A stretch of 63,303 bases of DNA, counting the filler, from Octopus bimaculoides (lineage: Eukaryota), in the NCBI RefSeq assembly GCF_001194135.2. It is 7 parts of 7 records of this genome, joined end to end, with 100 filler letters (N's around TTAATTAATTAA, not from the genome) between each part and the next. Parts side by side here need not be neighbours in the genome. Positions count along the whole stretch, not along the records: positions 20,868 to 27,838 come from NC_068982.1; positions 27,939 to 33,829 come from NC_068991.1; positions 33,930 to 42,139 come from NW_026422785.1; 4 more parts are not named here. One strand, given 5' to 3'. A program made the translations under genes and the position numbers. Shown here in pieces: positions 24,848-36,021 of the stretch. Positions within the stretch are counted from its first letter, which is position 1. Every line of letters begins with the position of its first letter. The notes under the pieces are model-generated. The model was not told the DNA's origin, did not search any database, and saw only the letters and a program-made list of their open reading frames with translations.

Positions 24848-25140
24848 TGAAGGTGCATGGCTCAGTGGTTAGTGTATGTTGCTCATGGTTGTAAAGTCAT
24901 GAGTTCCATTCCTGGTGGCATGTTGTGTCCTTGAGCAAGTCACTTTATTTTATGTTGCACCAGTCCACTCAGCTGGCAAAAATGAGTTGTACATGTTATT
25001 TAAAAGGCCAGCCTTGTTACAGTCTGTCTTGCTGAATCTCCCTGAGAACTACGCTAAGGGTACATGTGTCTGTGGAGTGCTCAGCTACTTAAATTTCAAT
25101 TTCTTAACCAGGCTGTTCCACTGATTGGGTCAACTGAAAC
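24848..25140 (+). mobile_element. SINE family C (tRNA head, gttgtgtccttgagcaag core)
   Basis: gaaggtgcatggctcagtggttag..gagttccattcc..gttgtgtccttgagcaagtcactt..ccagtccactcagctggcaaaaatgag. Confidence 0.8.
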
Positions 25141-25527
25141 CCTCACCATCATAAGCGATGGAGTGCCAATTCAATTTGAATATCTAATTGACTCAATCGA
25201 CTATAGACTTGTCCTAAATTTCGGTGCCTTGTGCCTGTATGAGAAATCAATAATGTAATCTGCCCACATCTTATAGCAGTAACCTGCACTCCTTTAATGT
25301 GTCTACTTTTAATTACTTGGACAATGCCATTGATAGATCAATGATTCTTAGAGTGACATACTGCTGCATCATTGATAAAATGGTAGTGCATGGTAGATCT
25401 AACTCTTTTGATATCAACCCCGCTGAGACTAGTCCTGGTTCTATATGACTTTCCAGCTATAAAGGAATCTGAATTAAGAGCTTACATCAAAATTTCATGT
25501 TAATTAATGTTCCAAACACCAGCCTAA

Positions 25528-26165
25528 CCCTTTAGCACTCAAAATTACTCTGTCAAATGAAATGTTTCTTTATTCATATTGTTTTGAATTAATCATGCAT
25601 TATCTCATAGCTTTGAAATTTCAAGTATGTGATTGTTTATTTTTAGAATGACATTGTAGGGTAGGTGTGAGAGGCTGGATCCAATCCAGGGACATGCCAT
25701 GTAGGTAGACAAGTTAGGCAGTGCCTACCTTGAATAAAATAGATCGATAGCAACATTTCCCTTTTATGGCAAAATATGCCCCTAATTCAATAAAATGATG
25801 AAGGTTACTCTGATTGCTATGCATAAAATGCAAGATATTTTAATTTTTTTGTAGATTATGTAAGCATAATTCACTGCTGCCTTTCAATCTCGGTATTTGA
25901 GCTATGCATAGTAATGCTGTAATACAGTGTGTTGTGTACATTCCTACAACACCATTTTCTTTACGCACTATAAAGGCAGAAATAAATCTACTTTCAACTC
26001 ATTCGTGTGCCTGTGTTTCACTTATTTTTTGTGTATTTTACTACATAAATGTCACCAACTGCCTACCCTGAGTAATCACTGATGGCACATGCCTGATCTA
26101 ATCAGTTTGAAAAGAGGACAAGCAGAATATTTGGACTGAATGAGGCCAGTTTAAATGCTAAAGGG
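25528..26165. mobile_element. piggyBac-like MITE with a nested hAT MITE
   Basis: TIRs ccctttagc / gctaaaggg flanked by ctaa / ttaa (TTAA target). Confidence 0.7.
25687..26095. mobile_element. hAT-like MITE, CpG-decayed copy
   Basis: TIRs cagggacatgcc / ggcacatgcctg; 8-bp TSD atccaatc / atctaatc; homologous to 35628-36021. Confidence 0.8.
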
Positions 26166-26174
26166 TTAATAATG

Positions 26175-26370
26175 GTTTCAAATTTTGATACAAGACTAGG
26201 AAGTCCAGGGGAGGGGCTAAGTCGATTACATTGACCCCAGTGCATAACTGTTACTTATTTCATCAACCCTGAAAGGATGAAAGTCAAAGTTGACCTCAGT
26301 GGAAGTTCATACAAAATGGCACTATGCATTTTTAAACAGCACAGTAATGATTCCACCAGCTCGTCACCCT
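26175..26370 (-). mobile_element. SINE family A, decayed
   Basis: gactaagtcgattacattgaccccagt..tcaaccctgaaaggatgaaagtcaaagttgacc. Confidence 0.7.
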
Positions 26371-26519
26371 ACACCAACTTAGGAATGGCAATTATTTCAC
26401 TAACTTCTTCATTACTTTCAAAATTAATTGAAAGAAATGCAAAAGATTTCAACAGAAATATGGTAACCAAAGGGTTAATCCATTGTCCAGTTTAATTATG
26501 TCATCTGACACTTGGATGC

Positions 26520-26610
26520 CTTTAAGAGAGACCAGTCAGTTGTGAGCATTTGAGCCTGGCCTCCAGTTTGAGGATAGCTGCCTCTCTTCGTCTCACTTGT
26601 CATACAGACT
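26520..26610 (-). CDS. Possible exon (VCMTSETKRGSYPQTGGQAQMLTTDWSLLK...), donor unresolved
   Basis: Good acceptor ccttattttttcag|AGTCTG on the minus strand and non-repetitive sequence; no strong donor identified. Confidence 0.22.
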
Positions 26611-26697
26611 CTGAAAAAATAAGGAATTATGGACATTACTCTTCTTTTGCACAATAAATGGTTTTAAACATATCAACGTTCAATAATAGAAAGGTAT

Positions 26698-26910
26698 AAG
26701 GCAGCAAGCTGGCAGAAACGTTAGCACACCAGGCGAAATGCCTAGCAGTATTTCGTCTGTCTTTATGTTCTGAGTTCAAATTCTGCCAAGGTCGACTTTG
26801 CCTTTCATCCTTTTGGGGACGATAAATTAAGTACCAGTTGCGTACTGGGTCGATCTAATCAACTGGGCCCCTCCCCAAAAATTTCAGGTCTTATGCCTAG
26901 AGTAGAAAAG
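26698..26910 (+). mobile_element. SINE family A, CpG-decayed
   Basis: ggcagcaagctggcagaaacgttagcacaccaggc.. differs from ggcggtgagctggcagaatcgttagcacgccgggc.. (2293) by several CG>CA changes. Confidence 0.85.
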
Positions 26911-27254
26911 AATAAATGGTCTTAAAGAAAGCATCAAAGAATGTTCCTGAGATGATAACATGCTGGTCCAAAAAGCTAATGTTGATCGACTCAACCAGTT
27001 GAGGCTCTGCTTGTCCGGACCTTATAGCATCAAGATTAGATGGACACAGTTTTGGTTTATAAGTCTTTGATATACTTGCTGGTATATTATGGTTGTATAA
27101 CAAAATACCATGTCCCTACCAGCAATTAAAATATAGATCAATAAAATTAGGTACCAGAATTAATGATAAATACCAGTGTCTGATAGATCAACTAAATCCT
27201 TGAATGTGGTGCCCCAGAGTAAGCTTTAGAAAGAATTGGTTTCGTGTCAGTAAG

Positions 27255-27470
27255 GCTTCTTTTGTTCTCTTATTTGTTTCAGTCATTTGACAGCGGCCAT
27301 GCTGGAGCAACGCCTTAAAGGATTTAGTCGAATAAATCGATCTCAAGAGTTATTCTTTGTAAGCTTAGTACTTATTCTATTGGTTTCTTTTGCCAAACTG
27401 CTAAGTTATGGGGACATAAACACACCAACATCAGTTGTCAAGTGATGGTGAGGGGGACAAACACAGACTC
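27255..27470 (-). mobile_element. SINE family B tail
   Basis: ttgtttcagtcatttgacagcggccatgctggagc..cttattctattgg.. Confidence 0.8.
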
Positions 27471-27489
27471 CTAAACATATATAGATACA

Positions 27490-27828
27490 TAAAGGGTGAC
27501 ACTTTGGTCATAAGTGACCATGGGGGTTGCACCTAAAAAGTTACCCTCTCAGGCATAAGTCCGAGCAAGATTGTTTATGGAAGACCAGCAGTCAACCATG
27601 CATACCAGCCTCCCCTCTCCACACCACTGATGTTATATCCAAGGGAAAGGCAAAGGGGCCGATACAGCTTGGCACCAGTGATGTTGCAACTCATTTCTAC
27701 AGCTAAGTGAACTGGAACAATGTGGAATAAAGTGTCTTGCTCAAGAACACAACACACAGCCCGGTCTGGGATACGAACTCACAACCTCATGATCATAAGC
27801 TCAATGCTCTAACCACTGAGCCATGGCA
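27490..27828 (-). mobile_element. SINE family C
   Basis: aagtgtcttgctcaagaacacaac..gaactcacaacctcatgatc..taaccactgagccatg. Confidence 0.8.
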
Positions 27829-27838
27829 TATATATATA

Positions 27839-27938
27839 NNNNNNNNNNNNNNNNNNNNNNNNNNNNNNNNNNNNNNNNNNNNTTAATTAATTAANNNNNN
27901 NNNNNNNNNNNNNNNNNNNNNNNNNNNNNNNNNNNNNN
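27839..27938. other. Artificial contig-join spacer
   Basis: 44 N + TTAATTAATTAA (27883-27894) + 44 N. Confidence 0.95.
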
Positions 27939-28022
<84 letters not shown>

Positions 28023-28023
<1 letters not shown>

Positions 28024-28232
28024 GGCGGTGAGGTGGTAGAATCGTTAGCGCACCGGGCGAAATGCTTAGCAGTATTTCGTCTGCCGCTACGTTCTGAGTT
28101 CAAATTCCACCGGGGTCATCTTTGCCTGTCATCCTTTCAAGATCGATTAAATAAGTACCAGTTACGCACTGGGGTCGATATAGTTGACTCATCCTCTCTC
28201 CAAAGTTGCTGCCCTTGTGGCAACATTTGAAA
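28023..28232 (+). mobile_element. SINE family A between (TTA)n tracts
   Basis: ggcggtgaggtggtagaatcgttagc..gttctgagttcaaattcc. Confidence 0.85.
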
Positions 28233-28238
28233 GCATTG

Positions 28239-28281
<43 letters not shown>

Positions 28282-28343
28282 TATTATTATTATCATTATC
28301 ATCATCACTATTTTATTATTATTATTATTACTACTACTACTAC

Positions 28344-28753
28344 AAAGTGACCCTGGGGTAAAATATACGAAGCCCCGTATACCCATCACGACTACCCGTC
28401 TGATAAGGGTACACTAGGCACATGCATCACAACCATATGTGCGCGACATGGTGATCTCATATCAAGATAAACAGCGCATGACCTCGCAGGTGGGGCAGAG
28501 TTAGAATTTTCTTCAGGTCGAGTAGCCCATCCCACCGAAAAGGTCCCTGAATAAGGGTTGTTTAAGGTACGTTGAACGAAACACCCATGTTTCCAGCGGT
28601 GAATTAGTCAAACTCCAAAGAATTCCTCTCAACACATGGCTATGATACAAATATTTGCTGTAGCCCACCTTTTATACCAAAACAAAACAATGTGCATGAT
28701 AACACTTCCAATCAGTTAAGATCAAAAGCCATAAGAACCACTGCATCAGGGCA

Positions 28754-28756
<3 letters not shown>
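28344..28756 (-). mobile_element. Non-coding (TAA)n-flanked repeat, copy 1 (internal deletion of about 100 bp)
   Basis: Colinear with 28797-29280; bounded by (tta)n on both sides. Confidence 0.75.
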
Positions 28757-28796
<40 letters not shown>

Positions 28797-29280
28797 ATTG
28801 AATGAGAGAGCAGAGCATGCCAGCAAAGTGACACTGGGGTACAAATATACGAAGCTCAATATATCCATCGTGACTACCCGTCTGATAAGGGTACACCAGG
28901 CACATTCATCACAACCATTTGTGCATGAAACGGTGATCTTATATCAAGATAAACAGCCTTCAGGTGGAGCACAGTTAGAATTTTTTTCAGGTCGAGTAGC
29001 CCATCCCGGTTAAAAGGTCCCTGAATAAGGTTTGTTTAAGGATGTTGAATGAAACGCCCGTGTTTCCAGAGGTAAATTATTTAAACTCCAAAGAATTCTT
29101 CTCAACACATAGCTATGGTGCTCACCCACTAATTCTGCTCATGATCAGAGATGAACATATCGACAGCGACTATGGGACATGCTCAACTGGTTATGGTCAA
29201 GCAACAGACAAGCAAATTTGTAGTATTGAGCAAAATATTTGCTGTAGCCCATCTTTTACACCAAGACATAACATGTACAT
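28797..29280 (-). mobile_element. Non-coding (TAA)n-flanked repeat, copy 2
   Basis: Shares gactacccgtctgataagggtacac..tcaagataaacagc..caggtcgagtagcccatccc..aaatatttgctgtagccca with copy 1. Confidence 0.75.
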
Positions 29281-29289
29281 TATTATTAT

Positions 29290-29500
29290 CAAGGCGACGA
29301 ACTGGCAGAATCATTACCGTACCAGACTAAAAGCTCAACGATATTTCTAGCCGATCATTATGTTCTGAGTTCAAATTTCGCTGAGGTCGACTTTGCCTTT
29401 CATACCTTTCGGTGCCGATAAAAATAAGTACCAGTTGAGCATTGGAGTCGATATAATCGATTTACCCACTGAAATTGCTGGCATTGTGCCAAACTTTGAG
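29290..29500 (+). mobile_element. SINE family A
   Basis: aggcgacgaactggcagaatc..gctgaggtcgactttgcctttc. Confidence 0.8.
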
Positions 29501-29570
29501 ATCATTATTATTTTTGTTGTTGTTGCTGTTGTTGATATACTCACTGACATGCCAACCTTTTTTTCACTAG

Positions 29571-29634
29571 GAACATATCAAATACTTTTCTTCCTGGTGT
29601 AATACATACGGCGAAACAGGATGGATTATTGAGT
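29571..29634 (+). CDS. Possible short exon (EHIKYFSSWCNTYGETGWIIE, or alternative frame)
   Basis: cactgac branch-like site, ccttttttttcactag acceptor, gtatga or gtgtat donor. Unverified. Confidence 0.25.
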
Positions 29635-29688
29635 GTATGAGTGTATATGCGTGATACATACATAGATAAATATACACACGCATACATA

Positions 29689-29725
<37 letters not shown>

Positions 29726-30766
29726 AAAATCTGGTAATTAGTCATATATTAATTAATATCGATTAATTATCAGTAGGCCAGCACATCTAAAGAATCAAAG
29801 AGATTCAGAAATATTATCTGCAATCTCAGGGGATTAAGGTACATTTTAAAATGTAAGGTACATTTCTAGCGCATCAATTGTCCACGTTAGTGGTCGACGT
29901 TATTTTTTAATATATATATATATATATATATGTTTTTCATTATTATTAAAACTCCAAAACATCACAAAAAACTGCTACTCAGAGTTTCACGTTCCCGTTC
30001 GTAGGGCAGTTCTNNNNNNNNNNNNNNNNNNNNNNNNNNNNNNNNNNNNNNNNNNNNNNNNNNNNNNNNNNNNNNNNNNNNNNNNNNNNNNNNNNNNNNN
30101 NNNNNNNNNNNNNNNNNNNNNNNNNNNNNNNNNNNNNNNNNNNNNNNNNNNNNNNNNNNNNNNNNNNNNNNNNNNNNNNNNNNNNNNNNNNNNNNNNNNN
30201 NNNNNNNNNNNNNNNNNNNNNNNNNNNNNNNNNNNNNNNNNNNNNNNNNNNNNNNNNNNNNNNNNNNNNNNNNNNNNNNNNNNNNNNNNNNNNNNNNNNN
30301 NNNNNNNNNNNNNNNNNNNNNNNNNNNNNNNNNNNNNNNNNNNNNNNNNNNNNNNNNNNNNNNNNNNNNNNNNNNNNNNNNNNNNNNNNNNNNNNNNNNN
30401 NNNNNNNNNNNNNNNNNNNNNNNNNNNNNNNNNNNNNNNNNNNNNNNNNNNNNNNNNNNNNNNNNNNNNNNNNNNNNNNNNNNNNNNNNNNNNNNNNNNN
30501 NNNNNNNNNNNNNNNNNNNNNNNNNNNNNNNNNNNNNNNNNNNNNNNNNNNNNNNNNNNNNNNNNNNNNNNNNNNNNNNNNNNNNNNNNNNNNNNNNNNN
30601 NNNNNNNNNNNNNNNNNNNNNNNNNNNNNNNNNNNNNNNNNNNNNNNNNNNNNNNNNNNNNNNNNNNNNNNNNNNNNNNNNNNNNNNNNNNNNNNNNNNN
30701 NNNNNNNNNNNNNNNNNNNNNNNNNNNNNNNNNNNNNNNNNNNNNNNNNNNNNNNNNNNNNNNNNN

Positions 30767-31125
30767 GCGCAGGTGTGGCTGTGGTAAGAAGCTTACTTCC
30801 CAATCACATGGTTCCGGGTTCAGTCCCACTAAGTGACACCTTGGGCAAGTGTTTTCTACTATATTCTAGGGCTGACAAAAGCGTTGTGAGTGGATTTGGT
30901 AGACGGAAACTGAAAGAAGCCCATTGTATGTGTGTCTGTGTTTATCCTCCGTCCCCAACCATCGCTTGACAACCGATGTTGATGTGTTTACGTCCCCGTA
31001 ACTTAGCGGTTCGGCAAAAGAGAACAATAGAATAAATACTGGGCTTACAAAGATTAAGTCCTGGGGTCGATTTGTTCAACTCCAGCATGGCCGCAATCAA
31101 ATGACTGAAACAAATAAAAGAATTA
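30767..31125 (+). mobile_element. SINE family B, near full length
   Basis: gcgcaggtgtggctgtggtaagaagcttacttccc..gaaagaagccc..ctccagcatggccgcaatcaaatgactgaaacaa. Confidence 0.9.
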
Positions 31126-31449
31126 AGGAATATATATATGTCTGCGACTATGTGTGTGTATGTGCGTACGTGCGTTCATAACACATATATACGTGTAGTG
31201 TACATATGCATGCATGGCTACGCACGTATGTATGTACGCTATTTAGTTCTTTAGGTATGCAAGAGGTCCTGGGTTCGATCGGACAGTGTGACATTTCGGG
31301 TAAGAGTTTTTATCGTTGCCTGGAGCCAGCTCAAACTTTGTTAAGTGAAAACTGATAGATAGTAACATTGTGGAATAGACTGAAAGTTCCAACCTTGTCA
31401 CACTGATTCTGCATGAGAATTACGCAGAGAATACGCTTCTGTGTATTAC

Positions 31450-31665
31450 TGGTTTCAAATTTTGGTACAAGGCCAATAACGTTATGGGAGGTTAAGTCGA
31501 TTACATTGACCCCCCCCCCAGCACTTGACTGGTACTTATTTTATCGATCCCGAAAGGATGAAAAGGCTAAGTAGAACTCGGCGCAATTTGGATGCAGAAC
31601 GTAAAGACGGATGAAATGTCGCTAAGCATTTTGTCTGACGTTGTAACGATTCTGCTAGTTCACTG
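31450..31665 (-). mobile_element. SINE family A
   Basis: tttatcgatcccgaaaggatgaaa..gctaagcatttt..aacgattctgctagttcactgcc. Confidence 0.8.
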
Positions 31666-31879
31666 CCATGTCTGGGTCATATCAAGTTGCTTAATTATTC
31701 AACCAGCTTATTCAGACGTTGGACCCATTGAATACTTATCGCCGAAAGCGACGGAGATCTATTAACATTTTATGCATGTGTGTGTGCGTGTGTTTGTGTG
31801 TGTGTGTGTGTGTATGCATTAATTTGTATGCATGTGCATATATGTATCTATGTTGCTCGAAATTTTGCTGTGGACTGAC

Positions 31880-32210
31880 TTTGTGACAGTTTATGGTCCA
31901 CTGGAGAACAAACAGTGGACTGTAGCCAGAAAACCAGAGCAAAACTTGGTGTCTGAAGACTAACCCAAAGGCTATTCAATACACTATGGAGAGATTTTGT
32001 CTTCCGCAAAAATTGAAAAGAAAAAACTTCGTCTGGTCAGTAGCGTTTTAGTGGATGCGAAACCTGAACCATTTGTGTGGCTAACACTAACTGACTGTGG
32101 ACGTTCGAGATGATGTGCAGGTGTAGGTGCTGCTGATCAGGAGAGGACCAAAATCTGATAACGATGCCCATGCGGCGAAAACTGCAATATTTTGGCCATA
32201 TTATCAGAGA
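31880..32210 (+). mobile_element. RTE-clade LINE RT C-terminal remnant
   Basis: SGCET*T..LWTFEMMC..RRKLQYFGHIIR matches the GCETWT..FEMWC..RKL.YFGHI motif. Confidence 0.7.
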
Positions 32211-33396
32211 CTACGCACACATATATAGATATATATATTAACATATTATATACATATAAACTTACACACACACACACCCATATATATATATATATGTGTG
32301 TATATNNNNNNNNNNNNNNNNNNNNNNNNNNNNNNNNNNNNNNNNNNNNNNNNNNNNNNNNNNNNNNNNNNNNNNNNNNNNNNNNNNNNNNNNNNNNNNN
32401 NNNNNNNNNNNNNNNNNNNNNNNNNNNNNNNNNNNNNNNNNNNNNNNNNNNNNNNNNNNNNNNNNNNNNNNNNNNNNNNNNNNNNNNNNNNNNNNNNNNN
32501 NNNNNNNNNNNNNNNNNNNNNNNNNNNNNNNNNNNNNNNNNNNNNNNNNNNNTGTGTGTGTGTGTGTGTGTGTATAGGAGAAATCCAGACAAGCAGGCAT
32601 GCAGATTATAAGATAATACACGTGTAATAATCTCTTCCTTTTACTTTTTCGTTTTTTAGCTCAAAGATCGTGCGAGCTCACCTCCGCTTAAACTTACCCT
32701 TTACACACACACACTCACAAATCTAATGATATCAAATGGGTTTACCCACAAATTGCCAGGATGATATAATGTGAATAAAATTTAAAGACACGGTAAGATG
32801 AACAAAAAAAAAAGCAATTCGAAAAATGATAAGAAAAAGCTATGAAAGAAAAAGGTTTGACGTAGTCTCAGTTATTTTTCTGTTTTACTATTTGTTTACG
32901 ATAAGTTCATTGAGAGTGCAGTCCTTGAACATTCATAATGATTTTCATATCTAAACCGGAAAATGGAAACACTTAAATTACTCTCACATGTGCGCAGAAA
33001 GAGACAAATGGTGGGGGTTAGGTGGGAGCGGTTTTACTACAACTACAACCATTAACAACAATAACAAGCCGCACTTGTCACTCCTAATAATATCCACTAA
33101 CTTTCAATGATTGGTAGGCCTATAAAAAACAACTACCAATCGTAGTAAGCTGGCAAATACTATAAAATGCAAGCATTCACTTTTCCAAATTAGTCGCCGT
33201 ATAACAAGAAAATACTCATTCACATATCAAGAGACGATAAGGCCTTAAACGCAAACTTTTAAACACGAACTCTACTCAAGTAACAGAAATATTAAACAGA
33301 AAAGAAATTTAGTGATTGTTCACACAGTATCAACTCGTTCATTTTAATTTATTACCCAAGTGTTAATTACAAAGTAAATAACCATTTTTGTCGTAG

Positions 33397-33437
33397 TTGA
33401 GGCAATCGCTGCTGTTAGAACAGATATGAGTGGACAG
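33397..33437 (+). CDS. Candidate 41-nt exon (.EAIAAVRTDMSGQ)
   Basis: catttttgtcgtag|TTGAGG...GGACAG|gtaaat; a 145-nt intron leads to a strong acceptor at 33582. Confidence 0.38.
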
Positions 33438-33582
33438 GTAAATTTGAAGGTCTCAGTTTTGACTGTGATTATATATTCGATGAACTTTTTATTAACTCCA
33501 ACTTCAAGTGCTGCTATCAAAAGTGAAAACTTAATAGATATACCAGGTTAGTATATACGTTACTTATTCCTTTCTTTCACAG

Positions 33583-33700
33583 GTTCTGGTCTTTTGGACT
33601 ACTGTAATGGCTTCCACTCAAAGATGTTCAGTCCGTAATATCACAACCAATTCCATACCTGGCGCTACATATCGATTTCTATTTACCAAATGGATAAATA
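33583..33700 (+). CDS. Candidate exon (VLVFWTTVMASTQRCSVRNITTNSIPGATYRFLFTK), 3' boundary uncertain
   Basis: ttattcctttctttcacag|GTTCTG acceptor, in frame with the 33397-33437 exon. The alternative frame reads GSGLLDYCNGFHSKMFSP*. Confidence 0.33.
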
Positions 33701-33778
33701 TCGATATGCATCTTTGTTCTATGAACAAAATCAGTCAAAAACTTCTTGCCTTCATACACTCACACGCACGCACACACG

Positions 33779-33829
<51 letters not shown>

Positions 33830-33929
33830 NNNNNNNNNNNNNNNNNNNNNNNNNNNNNNNNNNNNNNNNNNNNTTAATTAATTAANNNNNNNNNNNNNNN
33901 NNNNNNNNNNNNNNNNNNNNNNNNNNNNN
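33830..33929. other. Artificial contig-join spacer
   Basis: 44 N + TTAATTAATTAA (33874-33885) + 44 N. Confidence 0.95.
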
Positions 33930-34069
33930 ATATATAGGTTCATGCATCCATTTGTATGTGTAATTGGGTGTGTAAAAATATATACATATACGTGTACACA
34001 CACACGCACGCACACACACACATACATACATGCATATACACATATTCACACATATGTGCATGTGTGTGT

Positions 34070-34345
34070 GTGTGCATGGCTTAGTAGTTAGGGTCTTGCA
34101 CTCACGATGGCGAGATTGTGGTTTCGATTCCCAGACCGGGGCATTATGTTGTTTCTGTTCTTGAGCAAAACACTTCCTTTCACGTTGCTCTGCGATCATT
34201 TTGTCCTCTGCCACGTGATAAACGGTGCATCTGTACAGGCAACGTCGATTTGATGGAGAGGGCGAGCTTATGTGTACACAAACATTTGATTACTATAAAC
34301 AAATCATCCGTGTGCTTATTCAGCAAGAAGTTGCCTTGTACTCCA
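34070..34345 (+). mobile_element. SINE family C
   Basis: gcatggcttagtagttagggtc..ggtttcgattccc..cttgagcaaaacactt. Confidence 0.8.
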
Positions 34346-34758
34346 TTAAAAAATTGGGTTAGCTCCCCTAACTGAAAAAAATTGTTTAATTCCCAATAAA
34401 AGAAACAAACAAAAAATGAAACAATTAATAAACATGAAAAGCGAAAAGATGAAACATCTTATTGAATCTGATATTCTGATAACAAATCATACAATGCCAA
34501 TTGAGGAGGCCAAAAGTCAACAATGTGTTGAAGTATTATTGAATCAAAAGGATCTAACTCTTTCAATTCAGTCTCTTGTCACCACATAAACTAAATATTT
34601 TAATGGGGAGATAACCCAGATTTTTAATGGCAATTTTTTAATGGGGGATGAGATAACCCCAAAAAAGTACCAATTGCCAAACCTTCATACGTTGTCTAAC
34701 GACGGGAAAGTCCATGTATATGTGTGTGTGTATACATATATGTGTGCGTATATATATA

Positions 34759-34789
<31 letters not shown>

Positions 34790-34846
34790 TTCAATAAATT
34801 TCAATAATAATGGATATTAGCGTCAAATCTCTCTTTTAAATTTAAA

Positions 34847-34879
<33 letters not shown>

Positions 34880-34882
<3 letters not shown>

Positions 34883-35045
34883 AAAATGAGACAAGAACGC
34901 AAAACATCCAGACAGTCAGGTGATACAAAAAAGGGACAACAAAACATCCAGACAGACGATACAAAGAAAACAAGGAGGGGTCATTCGGAGTTTTCTTTCC
35001 TCAGTCGAGTTCCAGATTATCTTCGCAATTTCGGCTGGTTATATA
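34880..35045 (-). mobile_element. Penelope-like terminal repeat fragment (related copy at 62745-62925)
   Basis: Shared aaaacatc(c/t)ggacag..gatacaaa..gggtcattcg..tttctttcctcagtc(g/a)agttccaga..atttcgg; PLE assignment is inference. Confidence 0.45.
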
Positions 35046-35384
35046 TTATATATTAGTAAAAAGTAAAGGGTTACTCCAAAACGATTACCAGTTTGCTGTC
35101 AGTTAGGCATTCAAAATATGTTATTCAACAGTTAATATATAAATCCAATGAAGTTCCCTATAAGATACCAAATTAAATGAATATTCCGTTGGTTAATTAT
35201 GAATATATTTCCTTAACCAAATAGGTTTCCTGGAGTATAAACACCGACAATATTAAAAATAAGGATTACTCCGAAGTAGCAACAACATTACATTTAATTC
35301 CGTAATTATATTCTGCCTTTTATGGCCAACACATGTTTCAGTTGCACCGATTAATAATCGTTGCGATTGCAACCCTGTTATAAA

Positions 35385-35570
35385 ACGGTGCAGCCTCTTC
35401 AGGGTCTTAACTTGAAGTATTTTTAGTCGACTGGATCGAGTCCAGCACTTTTTTTTATAAAGCTTGGTGCTTATTCTGTCGATCTCTTTTGCCGACCCGG
35501 TAAGTTACAGGGACATAAACACACCAGCACCAGTTGTTAAGCGGTGGTAGGGATCAAACACAAACACAAA
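35385..35570 (-). mobile_element. SINE family B tail
   Basis: cttattctgtcgatctctttt..gggacataaacacaccagc. Confidence 0.7.
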
Positions 35571-35627
35571 GACATACATACATACATACATACATACATA
35601 CATACATACATGCATGCATGCATACAT

Positions 35628-36021
35628 CAGGGGTGTGCCGCCTGGGTAGGCAAGTAGGCAGTGCCTACCCTGAATAAAATAGATCGGTAGTAGTATTTTC
35701 TTTTTATGTCAAAATATGCACCAAATTCAATAAAATCATGAAGGTTACTCTCATTACTATGCATAAAATGCAAAATATTTGATTTTTTTGTAGATTAGGA
35801 AGGCATAATTCGTCCCTGCTTTTCAAGCTTAGCACTTAAGCTACGCAATAGTACGGCTGTACTACATGCGCTGCGTACATTCCTACAACAACGTTTTCTT
35901 TACACGCTATAAAGGCAGAAGTAAATCTGCCTTCAACAGAGTCGCGCGCCTGTGATTCGCACATTTTTTGTTATTGTTTTTTGTTTTACTATATAAACAT
36001 TACCAACTGCTTACCCTGAGT
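35628..36021. mobile_element. hAT-like MITE, CpG-rich copy (truncated by gap)
   Basis: caggggtgtgccgcc.. colinear with 25687-26095. Confidence 0.8.

Noticed and set aside
34985-35040. Hammerhead in the PLE-like repeat (ctgagga and gccgaaa on the minus strand; also near 62880)
   Set aside because: Stems I and II cannot be formed and the motif order does not give a valid fold in either copy.
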